Source of the DNA: Candidatus Aminicenantes bacterium
GTDB lineage: Bacteria > Acidobacteriota > Aminicenantia > Aminicenantales > Aminicenantaceae
NCBI GenBank assembly: GCA_011772495.1
Contig: WVZL01000048.1
Span: 24,465-88,464 of the forward strand
Reading direction: 5' to 3'
DNA length: 64,000 bases
Each line of letters opens with the position of its first letter. Position 1 is the stretch's first letter. A model generated the notes under the pieces. It ran no database searches, was not told where the DNA came from, and worked only from the letters and a program-made list of their open reading frames with translations. The translations under genes were made by a program, and so were the position numbers. This document shows positions 27,976-38,083 of this stretch, piece by piece.

Positions 27976-30122
27976 CCTTATACGCTGAGGTTGCCCTGCC
28001 TCTGCCTCTCAGCCAGACTTTTTTCTACCTCATTCCTGAACGCTGGCAGTCACGAGTTCAAATTGGGGCCAGGGTCCTGGTTCCTTTTAGGGGAAGAGCT
28101 CTTACAGGATTTATTGTCAGTCTGAAGAAGAGAAGAGCTAATAAAGAAATAAGGTTAAAAGAGATTGAAGAGGTGTTGGACGAAAAGCCTCTTTTTGCTC
28201 CGAATTTCCTCTCTTTCACCCGCAGGCTAAGCGATTATTATTATACGTCATGGGGTGAATTTCTTCAGGCATCCCTTCCTCCGACTTATGTCCTTAAAAG
28301 CAAGAGGATGATTCATCTCTCCGCCGAAGGGGGATCAGCCTTGAAGAAGGAAAAGCTCTCCAAGGAGGAAAAGGCGATCCTGTCTCTTCTTCAGAAAAAA
28401 CCCTACACAGCTACTTTCCTTCAGAGGAGGTTTGGGAAGAAGAGCGTATCTTCCCTTCTTTCCCGGATGTCGAGAAAGGGGTATGTTCATTTCCAGAAGG
28501 AAATACAGAAGCGAGGAAGAAGAAGGTTGAGGCCAGTTTCGTCTCTACAAAAGCAACTCGAAATAGATTTTGGCTTGAGCAGGAAATTGAGAAATTTTAC
28601 CGAAGCCATCTTCCAGAAAGCATCCCCAAAAGCCTTTTCGCCTTGGCTGGTGTTTGGCTCTGAAGACGAGAGAAAAGCTCTTTACTTTAACTTGATCAAG
28701 AAAGTCTTGGAAAGAGAAGAGAAAACCCTTTACTTGGTGCCCGAGATTTCCCTGACCCAACACCTGATAGAAAGATTCGAGAAGAGGTTGGGGAAAGAGG
28801 CGGCCATTCTGCACAGTCAGATGCCAGAGAGGAAAAGAGAGGCTGAGTGGCTTAAAGTCAGAAGCGGGGAGGCAAAGGTCGTGGTTGGCCCCCGTTCGGC
28901 ACTCTTTTCTCTTCTGGATAAGGTGGGTTTGATTATTGTCGACGAAGAGCAGGATGATTCTTATTTTCAGCGGGAAAATCCATCTTATGATGCGCGAAGG
29001 GGAGCCTGGATAAGAGCCAAGCAGGAGAAGGCCATTCTCATCTATGGTTCAGCTAGGCCCACTGTAGAGGGTTTTTACCAGGCAAAGAAAAGGGGATATT
29101 TGTTAAATCTCGAGCAAAAGGAACAGAAGAGGAAAGTCAATATAGTAAGAGAGAGAAGTAGAAGAGACATCACGAGCCAGCAATTTAGAGAGAGCCTAAG
29201 GGAAAAATTAAATGAAGGAGAGCAAGCTTTGGTCTTCATCAATCGGAGGGGATACGCACCTCTGCTCGTTTGTTCGAACTGCCGCCATATTCCCAAATGC
29301 GTTAATTGTGATATTGCCCTGAATTATCACAAGAAAAAAGAGAAAATTGTCTGCCACTACTGCAATTATTCCCTTCCCAAACCAGAGGTTTGCCCTGAGT
29401 GTAGAAGCAGGATCATCAGGTTGATGGGGTATGGGATAGAGGCCGTGGAGGAAGAATTGAAAAAATATTTTCCTCAAGCGAGAATTACTTCTTTTGCTTC
29501 TGACGAGGTCAAAGGCAGAAAAGAGCAGGAGTGGATCGTCCACAGGTTTTCGGAAGGGAAGATTGATATTCTGATCGGGACTCAGCTTTTAGCGCATCGG
29601 GCTGATCTGCCTCCGGTTTCTTTGGTGGGCATTCTCTACCCAGAGACTCTGCTCGGTCTGGCGGATTATAGAGCCAGTCAAAAGACCTTCCAGACCATAG
29701 GGCTGATGATGGATCATCTTCAAGATAATGGCCATGGGGAAGTCCTGATACAGACAGAACTGCCTTCACATTTCAGTATCCAGGCAGCGGCTTCGAAGGA
29801 CTACGATTCTTTCTTCAAACAGGAGATGAAATTGCGACGCCTCATGAATTATCCTCCCTTCTCCCACATGATCGGAGTATTATTCCAGGGAGAAAATTTA
29901 AGAATCCTGGCTCAGAAATCAAGAGAATTCTCCGCTCTCCTGAAAAGCGAGGCAGGGGAGATTGAAGTGTTGGGCCCTTCACTGGCTGGAGTGAAGAGGC
30001 TGAAGGGAATAAGCAGAGTGCAGATGATTCTGAAAGCCAGAAGAAAGAAATATCTGGATGATGCTCTTCAAGTATCCTTGAAAAAAGTCAGGCTGCGGGG
30101 GACGATTTCTGTTTTCAATTAA
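27972..30122 (+). CDS. priA: Primosomal protein N' (PriA) with degenerate ATPase motifs
   Basis: N-terminal 3'-binding domain (GARVLVPFRGR), LVPEISL, NRRGYA, four CxxC zinc motifs; Walker A and motif VI not conserved. Confidence 0.88.
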   Translation: MTLYAEVALPLPLSQTFFYLIPERWQSRVQIGARVLVPFRGRALTGFIVSLKKRRANKEIRLKEIEEVLDEKPLFAPNFLSFTRRLSDYYYTSWGEFLQASLPPTYVLKSKRMIHLSAEGGSALKKEKLSKEEKAILSLLQKKPYTATFLQRRFGKKSVSSLLSRMSRKGYVHFQKEIQKRGRRRLRPVSSLQKQLEIDFGLSRKLRNFTEAIFQKASPKAFSPWLVFGSEDERKALYFNLIKKVLEREEKTLYLVPEISLTQHLIERFEKRLGKEAAILHSQMPERKREAEWLKVRSGEAKVVVGPRSALFSLLDKVGLIIVDEEQDDSYFQRENPSYDARRGAWIRAKQEKAILIYGSARPTVEGFYQAKKRGYLLNLEQKEQKRKVNIVRERSRRDITSQQFRESLREKLNEGEQALVFINRRGYAPLLVCSNCRHIPKCVNCDIALNYHKKKEKIVCHYCNYSLPKPEVCPECRSRIIRLMGYGIEAVEEELKKYFPQARITSFASDEVKGRKEQEWIVHRFSEGKIDILIGTQLLAHRADLPPVSLVGILYPETLLGLADYRASQKTFQTIGLMMDHLQDNGHGEVLIQTELPSHFSIQAAASKDYDSFFKQEMKLRRLMNYPPFSHMIGVLFQGENLRILAQKSREFSALLKSEAGEIEVLGPSLAGVKRLKGISRVQMILKARRKKYLDDALQVSLKKVRLRGTISVFN

Positions 30123-30248
30123 GAAAAGGGTAAAGTATGAAGATGAATAGATTTGTTTTCTTTGGGGAGGAATAGGATTGTGAAAAGGAATGATGTGGTC
30201 CTGTTTTAAGAGTTGAAACAGGGAAAGGTCTGTATGTTTGTTAGGTTC

Positions 30249-30761
30249 TTATCCGCCTTGTATGAGTGTTATCGGAATAACTTCTTTGATAACTTCCCTG
30301 CCGTGATGCACAAGAGTGGCCCAAATATAGACATGCTTGTAGTAGTCGGCTGATGAGGGAAGGTCTGCACTCAGAGGACCATAGAATAGAAGCGAGATGA
30401 CACCATTTCCGTTCGTGATTGCAGTTTTAATATCCGTAAATCCTTCTAAGTAACCAAGATCTGTCGTGCGTCTCCCGTGCCAATCCTTTACTTCAAAGAC
30501 AATGGTTCTGTTGGCTAAAGGCTCCCCATCAAAGGCTGTGACAGTGGTGGTGATGATGCTTTTTTGACGCGTGTTTCCTCCCACTAGAACGTTAGGATTG
30601 GCAGTCATTTCTACCAGAATCGCGAACCCGAAAGGTCCGAAGGGAGCGGGCGCTTCTAGCTGATCTCTCGTGCAGGACGAAAAATAGATCAAGAGAAAAC
30701 CCAGGGGTATGATGACTAAATATCTTAGTTTTGTCTTCATTTTCTCATCCTTATTGGTCAA
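30249..30761 (-). CDS. Putative lipoprotein with Ig-like (Big_1-type) domain, downstream of pilQ
   Basis: LIYFSSC lipobox-like; VTAFDGEPLANRTIVF...TAITNGNG pattern. Confidence 0.55.
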   Translation of the reverse strand: MTNKDEKMKTKLRYLVIIPLGFLLIYFSSCTRDQLEAPAPFGPFGFAILVEMTANPNVLVGGNTRQKSIITTTVTAFDGEPLANRTIVFEVKDWHGRRTTDLGYLEGFTDIKTAITNGNGVISLLFYGPLSADLPSSADYYKHVYIWATLVHHGREVIKEVIPITLIQGG

Positions 30762-31350
30762 TATAGTTGGCGAAAAAAATTGCTAAGTAGCCAGTGGCTT
30801 TGACCTGTCTGTTAACAGTGTCATAACCATAGAAATCGACTTGGGCTGTGACCTGAAGAACACCCTCTTCTCGCGCATCATGAAGATCCAATAGGGGCGG
30901 CTCCGCCTTAGCGACTTCTCTGACAATGATAAAACCTACTTCTTCTTCCTCCCCTATTTGAACCCAGGACTGCATGGCTCCTTCGAAGGAGTGAGGGACA
31001 TCGACTCCAGGATTGTTCCTTCCATCTGAGCGAGTGTAGGTGACGACATAGCGGGTAACGAATATTCCATTATAAAGTGACGAATCAGCGTCTGGGTTCG
31101 GGTTCAGGAGTTCTGCTCTTAGAGTAGCAGTGGCTGTATCGGCCACGACATAGGCTGCTCCCCCGCCTTCCTCAAGGACATCTGACTGGAGGTAGTCTGC
31201 TGCAGATCCTTCAAAATTATAGCCTGTAATTTTTACGACGATAAGGAGACTGTTGGAACGGGTCGTGTTCTCTATGGGATTACAGGAAAAAAGGAAGATA
31301 GCAACAATAGACAAGACCGCGATTTGTAAGGCAAATTTTGTTTTTTTCAT
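30751..31350 (-). CDS. Putative lipoprotein of unknown function, downstream of pilQ
   Basis: FLFSC lipobox; beta-rich mature region; tightly coupled to pilQ. Confidence 0.6.
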   Translation of the reverse strand: MKKTKFALQIAVLSIVAIFLFSCNPIENTTRSNSLLIVVKITGYNFEGSAADYLQSDVLEEGGGAAYVVADTATATLRAELLNPNPDADSSLYNGIFVTRYVVTYTRSDGRNNPGVDVPHSFEGAMQSWVQIGEEEEVGFIIVREVAKAEPPLLDLHDAREEGVLQVTAQVDFYGYDTVNRQVKATGYLAIFFANYIDQ

Positions 31351-31361
31351 TTTTTATCCTC

Positions 31362-33620
31362 TTATTTTAGAATTCTTGGGGTCATAAAAATAAGGAGCTC
31401 TCGATTTACTTTGGTTTTGGAACTATTGCGGAACAGGGCTCCTAAGATTGGTATTTTGTGGAGAAAGGGAACCCTTTCTCGCGTCACAGTGTCCTCAGTC
31501 CGGTAGATGCCGCCGATAACGGTTGTTCCTCCATCTTGGATCATGACTGTTGTACTGGCACTCTGGGTAGTGATAGGAGGAATACCGTTGACGAGATTGG
31601 CGAAGTCAGGGGCGTTATTCCTGATATCGATATCCATGATGATGGTGCCCTCGGCAGTGATTTGAGGAGTGACCCTCAGCTCTAAGGCCGCGTTCCTGTA
31701 CTGGGTGGTCACTGTAAAATTAGATACAGTCTGAACAGGAATCTGCCTTCCCTGGATGATTTCAGCCTGTCTATTGTTCTGGGTAGTCACTCTTGGACAG
31801 GATATGATTTCGCCCTCACCCGAAGTCTCTAAAGCTGAGAGAGCCACGTCTAACCGGAATGTATCCAAGACATTACCCATGGTAATGCCGATCGCCGAAT
31901 TAAAAGCAGGGGCTGGCAGGTTAACCGCGTATCCTCCAAGGGGGCCACCCAGTCCTTTGGTCACCGGGCCCTGAGGAATGACGGCGCCGTCGACTATACC
32001 ACTATTGGGAAATCTAAAGGAAGTCTGGTTTCCGTAGAAGGGATCGACTATACCTCGGAATCCCCACTGAATACCAAGATTGCGGATGAAGTTGGCCGTG
32101 GCTTCTAAGATTCTGGCCTCGATGGAGACCTGAGGAGTAGGGAGGTCAACGACTGTGATCAGATCATTGATAAGTTCAAGTTTTTCTTCCACATCGGTAA
32201 TGATTAAAGTGTTTGTCCGTTCGTCAATGATGATTGCTCCTCTGGGTGACAGTTTGTTCCGGAGCAGCCCTTGGACGTCTCTGGCCTTGGAGTAGGAAAG
32301 GGTTTTAGTGTACGTTTCAAGCACGCCAGCCTCCTCTTTTGTTCTCGCCAGTTGCTTTTTCTGTTCCTGTTCTCGTGTCAATACCGATATTGGAGCCACC
32401 CGTAGAACGTTTCCTTCCAGGACTTTTCCCATTTTGTTGAGCTTCAAGACAAGATCGAGAATTTGATCCCAGGGAACAGCCTCCAAATCGGCAGTGACTT
32501 TTCCTGCGACTTCAGGGTCGAAAGCCACATTCAATCCTGCAAACTCGCCCAAGTAGATCACGACGTCTCTCAGGTCAGCATCCTTAACTTTCAGGTCAAG
32601 AACTTCGCCAGTGTATTGTTCTTCAGGCGCTCTGATGGCCCTGGGTTCGAAAGTTGGCATTTGCACTTGAGCCGTGGGTTCCTCCTCTGGAGGCGGCTCC
32701 TGTTGAGGCGGGGGAGTAGGTTTCTCTTCCTCCTGAATTTCCGGCTCTGCTACTTCTGGCTGAGGGGTTTCTTTTTCTAGTTCCGCTACAGCTTCCTTCA
32801 GGGTGCTGACTGCGGGGGGAGCTTGATAAGCGGTCTCTTTAAAAAAGGAAATAATCATGTTGCTGTTATCAAATTTAACATCATAAAGAGTTGGCTGGCT
32901 GAGGTCGAAGACTATCCGGCTAATAACAGGATTGGCTGTTTGGAATTGACCGGTTCGAATTGCCCTGACTCCCATTTTATTCACCGTATGGGTAGCTGAA
33001 GGAGCAGCATACAAAGTCTCCAGTAGATCCACGATTAAACGCAGTGGATTTCCGAGCGCGAAGATATTAGGAAAAGCCTTGCCATCCATTTTGGCGATGA
33101 CATCGACTCTATCCTCTTTTTCAACAATCTCGACTTTTTCTAAATTGACTTTTGATTCAAATTTTGCAGCAAGGGTTTTTTCTGTTTCCAGGTCGATGAC
33201 GTATTTGCCCAAAGCTCTTTGAATCTTGACCAGTTCGACGGTTGTGCGTTCCTGGGTGGAGTAAACTCTGTAGGGAACCTGCTCTTTCAATTGAACAAGA
33301 AAGCGAAAATGATTCTCAGCAGCTTTCTCGACTTTCAAGCTTTGAATCAAGGGAGATTCTTCAGGGCTGAAACGGGGCTCTTTGATTGACTTGACGTTGT
33401 TCCATTCGATGACGATGGTCTGTGGCGATTCTGGGGCGTAGTAGGAATTCAAGAGAGGGAGATAGGAGTCTGTATCTAGGACGATTCTCGTTTTTAATTC
33501 TCCGGGCTCAACTGAGATTTGATTTATGTTGACCAGTGATTCCTTCTCTTGTGCGTATGCAGTCGAGACGATGAAGATGCATAAGACAAGAATTAGTTTG
33601 AAATAATTTTTCCTTTTCAT
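31362..33620 (-). CDS. pilQ: Type IV pilus secretin with AMIN domains
   Basis: AMIN-like N-terminus, YTGEVLDLKVKDADLR, DERTNTLII, QVSIEARI, RELLIFMTPRIL. Confidence 0.92.
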   Translation of the reverse strand: MKRKNYFKLILVLCIFIVSTAYAQEKESLVNINQISVEPGELKTRIVLDTDSYLPLLNSYYAPESPQTIVIEWNNVKSIKEPRFSPEESPLIQSLKVEKAAENHFRFLVQLKEQVPYRVYSTQERTTVELVKIQRALGKYVIDLETEKTLAAKFESKVNLEKVEIVEKEDRVDVIAKMDGKAFPNIFALGNPLRLIVDLLETLYAAPSATHTVNKMGVRAIRTGQFQTANPVISRIVFDLSQPTLYDVKFDNSNMIISFFKETAYQAPPAVSTLKEAVAELEKETPQPEVAEPEIQEEEKPTPPPQQEPPPEEEPTAQVQMPTFEPRAIRAPEEQYTGEVLDLKVKDADLRDVVIYLGEFAGLNVAFDPEVAGKVTADLEAVPWDQILDLVLKLNKMGKVLEGNVLRVAPISVLTREQEQKKQLARTKEEAGVLETYTKTLSYSKARDVQGLLRNKLSPRGAIIIDERTNTLIITDVEEKLELINDLITVVDLPTPQVSIEARILEATANFIRNLGIQWGFRGIVDPFYGNQTSFRFPNSGIVDGAVIPQGPVTKGLGGPLGGYAVNLPAPAFNSAIGITMGNVLDTFRLDVALSALETSGEGEIISCPRVTTQNNRQAEIIQGRQIPVQTVSNFTVTTQYRNAALELRVTPQITAEGTIIMDIDIRNNAPDFANLVNGIPPITTQSASTTVMIQDGGTTVIGGIYRTEDTVTRERVPFLHKIPILGALFRNSSKTKVNRELLIFMTPRILK

Positions 33621-33621
33621 A

Positions 33622-34083
33622 TTAACGCTCCTCTGGAAATAATACTTTAACGATATCTCTAGGCTTTCTTAAGGGAACACCTCTTCCCCTCGTTTTACGG
33701 AAGACCACGGTGGCTTCATCTATTTTTAAGACGAAACCATCGGTCAGCTGATGCCCCACTTGGATGAAGTGTGGAAATCCCTGGGGGTCGTTGATTATGG
33801 CCGTGAATTTTCCTCTAGCCTTGGTAATCCCGACCAGGACAACGTCATCAATAGAAAGCTGTCCCATTTCTCCCGCGGGTGTTGTTTCTTTGACCTCTTT
33901 TCCTCCGAGCAGGTCTCTGAAAGGATCTCTTCTATCGTTCGGAACATAGGATGGGAGTTGCCTTTCTGGAGGGCGCTGCACGGCTTTTTCCTCAGGTTCC
34001 TTTTGCTCCTCCTGAGAAAAAAGGAGTGAGGTGCAGAGAAAAATAAAACAGAATAAAATAATGAGAGTCAGTGATTTCTTCAT
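33622..34083 (-). CDS. pilP: PilP-like pilus assembly protein
   Basis: YVPNDRRDPF motif; position between pilO and pilQ. Confidence 0.7.
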   Translation of the reverse strand: MKKSLTLIILFCFIFLCTSLLFSQEEQKEPEEKAVQRPPERQLPSYVPNDRRDPFRDLLGGKEVKETTPAGEMGQLSIDDVVLVGITKARGKFTAIINDPQGFPHFIQVGHQLTDGFVLKIDEATVVFRKTRGRGVPLRKPRDIVKVLFPEER

Positions 34084-34664
34084 GTTTTCTTTCCTCTGTT
34101 TGGTGTGCTCGCCGGTGCTTCTAATGCTTTTTCTTCGTGGAAGATATAGGTTTTTGTGGTGCAGCTCACACTGACGGTGGAGGCATCGGTTTGCCTGGCG
34201 AGGGATTTTATAGAAAAGTTCTCCACGATAAAGAGTCGGGAGAAACGACTTAGCTGGTCGAAGAACCTTCCTAGATTATGATAGTTCCCAGTCATTTCTA
34301 TAGAGATGGGCTGTTCCGAGAAAAATTCTTTGTCGTCTAATTTCTGAGGAGCAAACCTTCTGATGTTAAGCCTGGAATCATAGGCAAGTTGCTGAATTCT
34401 TCTCAGGATATCACTCATTTCTTTCCTCTGCGGAATGATAGCTTCGAGATTAGCTAGGGTCGCAGTTAGGGTTTTGAGTTCTGCTTCAATCTTATCCAAG
34501 TCTCGTTTCTTCTGTTGGGCTTTCCTAACATCATTCTCGATCTTTTCCCTTTCTGTTTGAAGACTTGCCAGTTCCTTTCCCTTAGGTTTGTAGTAAATGA
34601 AATAAAAGAAACCGACAATAAGAACCGCTATGATGACATAGGTATACCAAGGTCTGCCTTTCAT
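34080..34664 (-). CDS. pilO: Type IV pilus assembly protein PilO
   Basis: N-terminal TM, coiled coil, IPQRKEMSDIL, GNYHNLGRFFDQL. Confidence 0.85.
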   Translation of the reverse strand: MKGRPWYTYVIIAVLIVGFFYFIYYKPKGKELASLQTEREKIENDVRKAQQKKRDLDKIEAELKTLTATLANLEAIIPQRKEMSDILRRIQQLAYDSRLNIRRFAPQKLDDKEFFSEQPISIEMTGNYHNLGRFFDQLSRFSRLFIVENFSIKSLARQTDASTVSVSCTTKTYIFHEEKALEAPASTPNRGKKT

Positions 34665-35308
34665 TTTTTCCCTCCTTTGGGAGGAGTTTTTGCCGCTGGC
34701 CGCGCAACGTTCGGCCCCATCAAGGGAGCATGCCTGGCGTTCATTGAAAACTCCAGGATATTGTCGCTTTTTATTCTTTTTTGAGTAGAAGAGAGCAAGT
34801 TGACTTCGGTGAAGAGGTCGCTTTCTTCAAGGTTTGAAATGTAATCAGCGATAAGGTTGTTAGAGAGAGCTTTTCCCTTTATTCGTACGACTCTTTTGTC
34901 ATAAGTTGCCTCAGTCAACCAGACCCACTCGGGAAGGCCTTTGCTCAACTCATCCATTATTTGCACCGGAATTCCCTGGCGTAGTTTTTGCCGTTCGATA
35001 AGGTTTATTTTCTTCTCGTAAATGGCTTTTTGCTGCTGGAGTTGTTTGAGTTTGACAGAGACGTAAGCGAGCCTCTTTTTCTCTGCTCTGGCTTCCTCAA
35101 GCCGGCTTTTCTCTCTATTGAAAGCCGTTCTCTGAGAAAGAAAGAGGAAGGCGACAAGGAGGACAGCAAGAGGAATCACTAATTTCGTTAAATCTAATCC
35201 TTTTCGCTCTCTTACCTTTTTCTCTTTGAACTTAACTTCTTCCTCTTCCGGAGGTAAGGTTTCTTTTACTTCTTTGCCTTCTGGCCTTAATAAATTGATT
35301 TTAATCAT
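34661..35308 (-). CDS. pilN: Type IV pilus assembly protein PilN
   Basis: MIKINLL start (PilM-binding motif), LPEWVWLT, IKGKA.SN..IAD. Confidence 0.88.
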   Translation of the reverse strand: MIKINLLRPEGKEVKETLPPEEEEVKFKEKKVRERKGLDLTKLVIPLAVLLVAFLFLSQRTAFNREKSRLEEARAEKKRLAYVSVKLKQLQQQKAIYEKKINLIERQKLRQGIPVQIMDELSKGLPEWVWLTEATYDKRVVRIKGKALSNNLIADYISNLEESDLFTEVNLLSSTQKRIKSDNILEFSMNARHAPLMGPNVARPAAKTPPKGGKK

Positions 35309-35312
35309 GGTT

Positions 35313-36377
35313 CTATTTCCCCGTTCTTGTGGCTAGGCCCACTGCTACTCCGAAGAGCGAGGCCATTTCCTGCATATACGCAGGGTCGAATTTTTTTTCG
35401 CTGTAGCTAATCTTATGGAAAGGATTTAGAACAGCTGTTTTCATGTTTAATTTTTGTTCAAACTGACTGCTTATGTCTTTCAATTTAGCTACTCCGCCGC
35501 TGAGAAATATCTGGTCGATTTTCGTTTCTTTCTTTTCGCCAACTTCGTAGAAGGAAAAAGTTTTTTCGACTTCTCCTATGAGTTGGTCTATGTTTGCGGC
35601 TAAGGCTGAATTGACATTGTCCGGATTGACATTTTCCATCGGAGTGCCTTTGAGCAATTTTTCAGCTTCGTCAAAGCTGATGTTCAATTCTTTGCTCAAG
35701 TTCTCGATGAAAACGAAACCACCCACGGCAATATCCCGGAACAACTGGGGAATTCCTTTTTCAGTGACCAGGATGTTGGTCAGGTGAGCTCCTAAATTGA
35801 CAATAGCGACAGTACTTTGATAATAAGGGTCTGGATAGTTTGCTTCCAAAGAATTTTGAAGAGCAAAGACATCGACTTCAATTCCCTCGAGATTTTTTCG
35901 GGCTTGATGGATGACATTACTGTAGTTTTCGATCTTATCTTTTTTGGCAGCCACCAGAAGAATATCTAAATCTTTTTTCTCTGCGTCCTCAGGTGTCTCT
36001 AAGATTGCATAATCGACATTGATCTCCTCGTAAGCATAGGGAATGTTGTGCTTGGCTTCCCAGATGATGGATTCAGCCAGTTCTTCTTGTTCCATTTTGG
36101 GAAGAGATATTTTTTTGATGATGACTGCATTTCCTGAAATCGAGATGACGACGTTCTTATTTTCGATCTTGTTTTCATCAAAAATCGTCTTTATGACTTC
36201 AGCGACCGCTGTAGTGTCAATGATGGTTCCTTCCACGATAGCATCGTGAGGAAGGGCTTCGTATCCGAGCTTAAACAATTCGTAAGCGTCCCCTCCCTTT
36301 TTTTTCGCTTTAAGCTCGACTGCTTTTATTGAATTAGATCCGATATCTAATCCAACAATTGGCTTTGCTTTTGCCAT
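35313..36377 (-). CDS. pilM: Type IV pilus assembly protein PilM
   Basis: VGLDIGSNSIK, actin-like fold, VNLGAH, IFLSGG, GVAVGLA. Confidence 0.92.
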   Translation of the reverse strand: MAKAKPIVGLDIGSNSIKAVELKAKKKGGDAYELFKLGYEALPHDAIVEGTIIDTTAVAEVIKTIFDENKIENKNVVISISGNAVIIKKISLPKMEQEELAESIIWEAKHNIPYAYEEINVDYAILETPEDAEKKDLDILLVAAKKDKIENYSNVIHQARKNLEGIEVDVFALQNSLEANYPDPYYQSTVAIVNLGAHLTNILVTEKGIPQLFRDIAVGGFVFIENLSKELNISFDEAEKLLKGTPMENVNPDNVNSALAANIDQLIGEVEKTFSFYEVGEKKETKIDQIFLSGGVAKLKDISSQFEQKLNMKTAVLNPFHKISYSEKKFDPAYMQEMASLFGVAVGLATRTGK

Positions 36378-36392
36378 TTTTCCTTCCTTTAA

Positions 36393-36896
36393 TTATATGT
36401 CGAAGTTTGGTTTGCTTTTTTTGAATTTTTCTTGCAGTTGGCTTTCCACCAGATCTGGAACCAGGCCCTTGACCTCGCCGCCCAGCATAAAGATTTCTTT
36501 CACTAATTTAGAGCTAAGGTAAGTGTACTTGACGTTGGGAACCATGAAGAAAGTCTCGATATCAGGCTTAAGCTTTTGATTCATTTGAGCCATTTGAAAT
36601 TCGTATTCAAAATCCGAGATAGCTCTCAAGCCTCGAATGACAACCTTGATATCATTTTTTTCTGCAAATTCAACGAGAAGGCCGTCAAAAGCTTTCACTT
36701 CTATGTTTTCCCTCCCTGCGAAGATTTCTTTAATCATATTCACCCTTTCTTCGGTTGGGAAAAGAGGTTTCTTTTTGGGATTTTCCAGGACAGCGACGAG
36801 TATCTTGTCGAAAATATCGAGACATCTTTCGATGATATCCACGTGACCGTTGGTGATAGGGTCAAAGGACCCCGGGTAGATAGCCTTGTGCTCCAT
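36393..36896 (-). CDS. coaD: Phosphopantetheine adenylyltransferase
   Basis: YPGSFDPITNGH, IRGLRAISDFEYE, LSSKLVKE. Confidence 0.96.
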   Translation of the reverse strand: MEHKAIYPGSFDPITNGHVDIIERCLDIFDKILVAVLENPKKKPLFPTEERVNMIKEIFAGRENIEVKAFDGLLVEFAEKNDIKVVIRGLRAISDFEYEFQMAQMNQKLKPDIETFFMVPNVKYTYLSSKLVKEIFMLGGEVKGLVPDLVESQLQEKFKKSKPNFDI

Positions 36897-37013
36897 AGGG
36901 CAAGCTTTTCTTTTAGGTTGAAAAAGTTGTTAACCATGCTAACAAAAAATTCATATTTTTTCAATTTTGTATTATCCTCGCAAAACTTCCTTTCTCAGTC
37001 AATCGCCTATAAA

Positions 37014-37058
37014 GATGATTTAGGGGGTGATTTTTATATTCATTTTTTCACCCTTAAA
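37014..37058. repeat. Imperfect palindrome, TTAGGGGTGA family (second copy)
   Basis: gatgatttagggggtgatttttatattcattttttcacccttaaa; homologous to 11111-11155. Confidence 0.55.
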
Positions 37059-37080
37059 GGTCAGCGTATTTCAACGGCTC

Positions 37081-37132
37081 AAATTGCCCAAAATTGGCAA
37101 AATTGGGGACAAAATTGGGGAAAATTGGGGAC
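37081..37132. repeat. Degenerate ~10-bp tandem repeat AAAATTGGGG abutting the REP-like element
   Basis: aaattgccca aaattggcaa aattggggac aaaattgggg aaaattgggg ac. Confidence 0.75.
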
Positions 37133-37206
37133 GGTTCTATTTTTTCTCATTAGTTCTCGTTGTTAGGTTGTTATACTCTCTACTGAGAAAAAATAGAACC
37201 GTCCCC
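37127..37206. repeat. REP/MITE-like element: 23-bp perfect inverted repeats GGGGACGGTTCTATTTTTTCTCA, 34-nt spacer
   Basis: Arms at 37127-37149 and 37184-37206. Confidence 0.9.
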
Positions 37207-37354
37207 TACTTTCAAAAATTTTTGTTTTCTCTCAGCTTTTAGCGGTCGAGGGAGGAGAGTTGATTTCTCATTGGTTTTAAAAGAAAATATAATTAAAGTT
37301 ATAATTATGACCTTTTAGCCGAGAGGAAAATACTTCGCAGGGGAGGAGAGAGAA

Positions 37355-38083
37355 ATGAGGCTATGTGGATGGTTAATGCTTTTTCTAGGGATCATATTTT
37401 CGTTTCTTGATCCTCTTTTAAGCCAAGAAGATGAGATTTATGCTCGGCGAAGAGAGAACATGGTTCGACGGCAGCTGGCAGCTAGAGACATTACTGATAA
37501 GAAGGTCCTGGAGGTCATGGGCAAAGTTCCCCGCCATCTTTTTGTCGGCCCTCGATACCAGAGGAGAGCCTATGAGGATTATCCTTTACCCATAGACGAA
37601 GGACAGACAATTTCCCAGCCTTACATAGTGGCTTTGATGACGCAGCACCTCAAGCTCAAGGAAGGAGAGAAAGTTCTAGAGATCGGGACCGGATCTGGCT
37701 ACCAAGCTGCTGTTCTGGCTCATCTCACGGATAAGGTGTATTCAGTCGAGATCAGGGAGGGATTGGCCAAGAAAGCCGCTCAGACTTTAAAAAAATTAAA
37801 ATACTCTCAGGTTCAGGTGAAATGGGGAGATGGCTATTTTGGCTGGGAGGAGCATGCTCCTTTTGGGGCCATTATCGTGACTTGTGCCGCTAACCATATT
37901 CCTCCTCCGCTGATCGATCAACTGAAAGATGGAGGGAGGCTCATCATTCCTGTAGGCAGCACTCTTTATTATCAGACTCTTACTGTCTTAACCAAAGTCG
38001 GGGAGGAACTGAGAGTGGAACATATTCTAGGTGTTCGCTTTGTCCCGATGGTTGGAGAAGCTCAGAAGAGGGAGGGCAAGTAA
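37355..38083 (+). CDS. pcm: Protein-L-isoaspartate O-methyltransferase
   Basis: [52 protein letters not shown]. Confidence 0.93.
   Translation: MRLCGWLMLFLGIIFSFLDPLLSQEDEIYARRRENMVRRQLAARDITDKKVLEVMGKVPRHLFVGPRYQRRAYEDYPLPIDEGQTISQPYIVALMTQHLKLKEGEKVLEIGTGSGYQAAVLAHLTDKVYSVEIREGLAKKAAQTLKKLKYSQVQVKWGDGYFGWEEHAPFGAIIVTCAANHIPPPLIDQLKDGGRLIIPVGSTLYYQTLTVLTKVGEELRVEHILGVRFVPMVGEAQKREGK

Noticed and set aside
32600-32850. Pro/Glu-rich low-complexity stretch inside pilQ
   Set aside because: Ordinary flexible linker between the AMIN and secretin domains.
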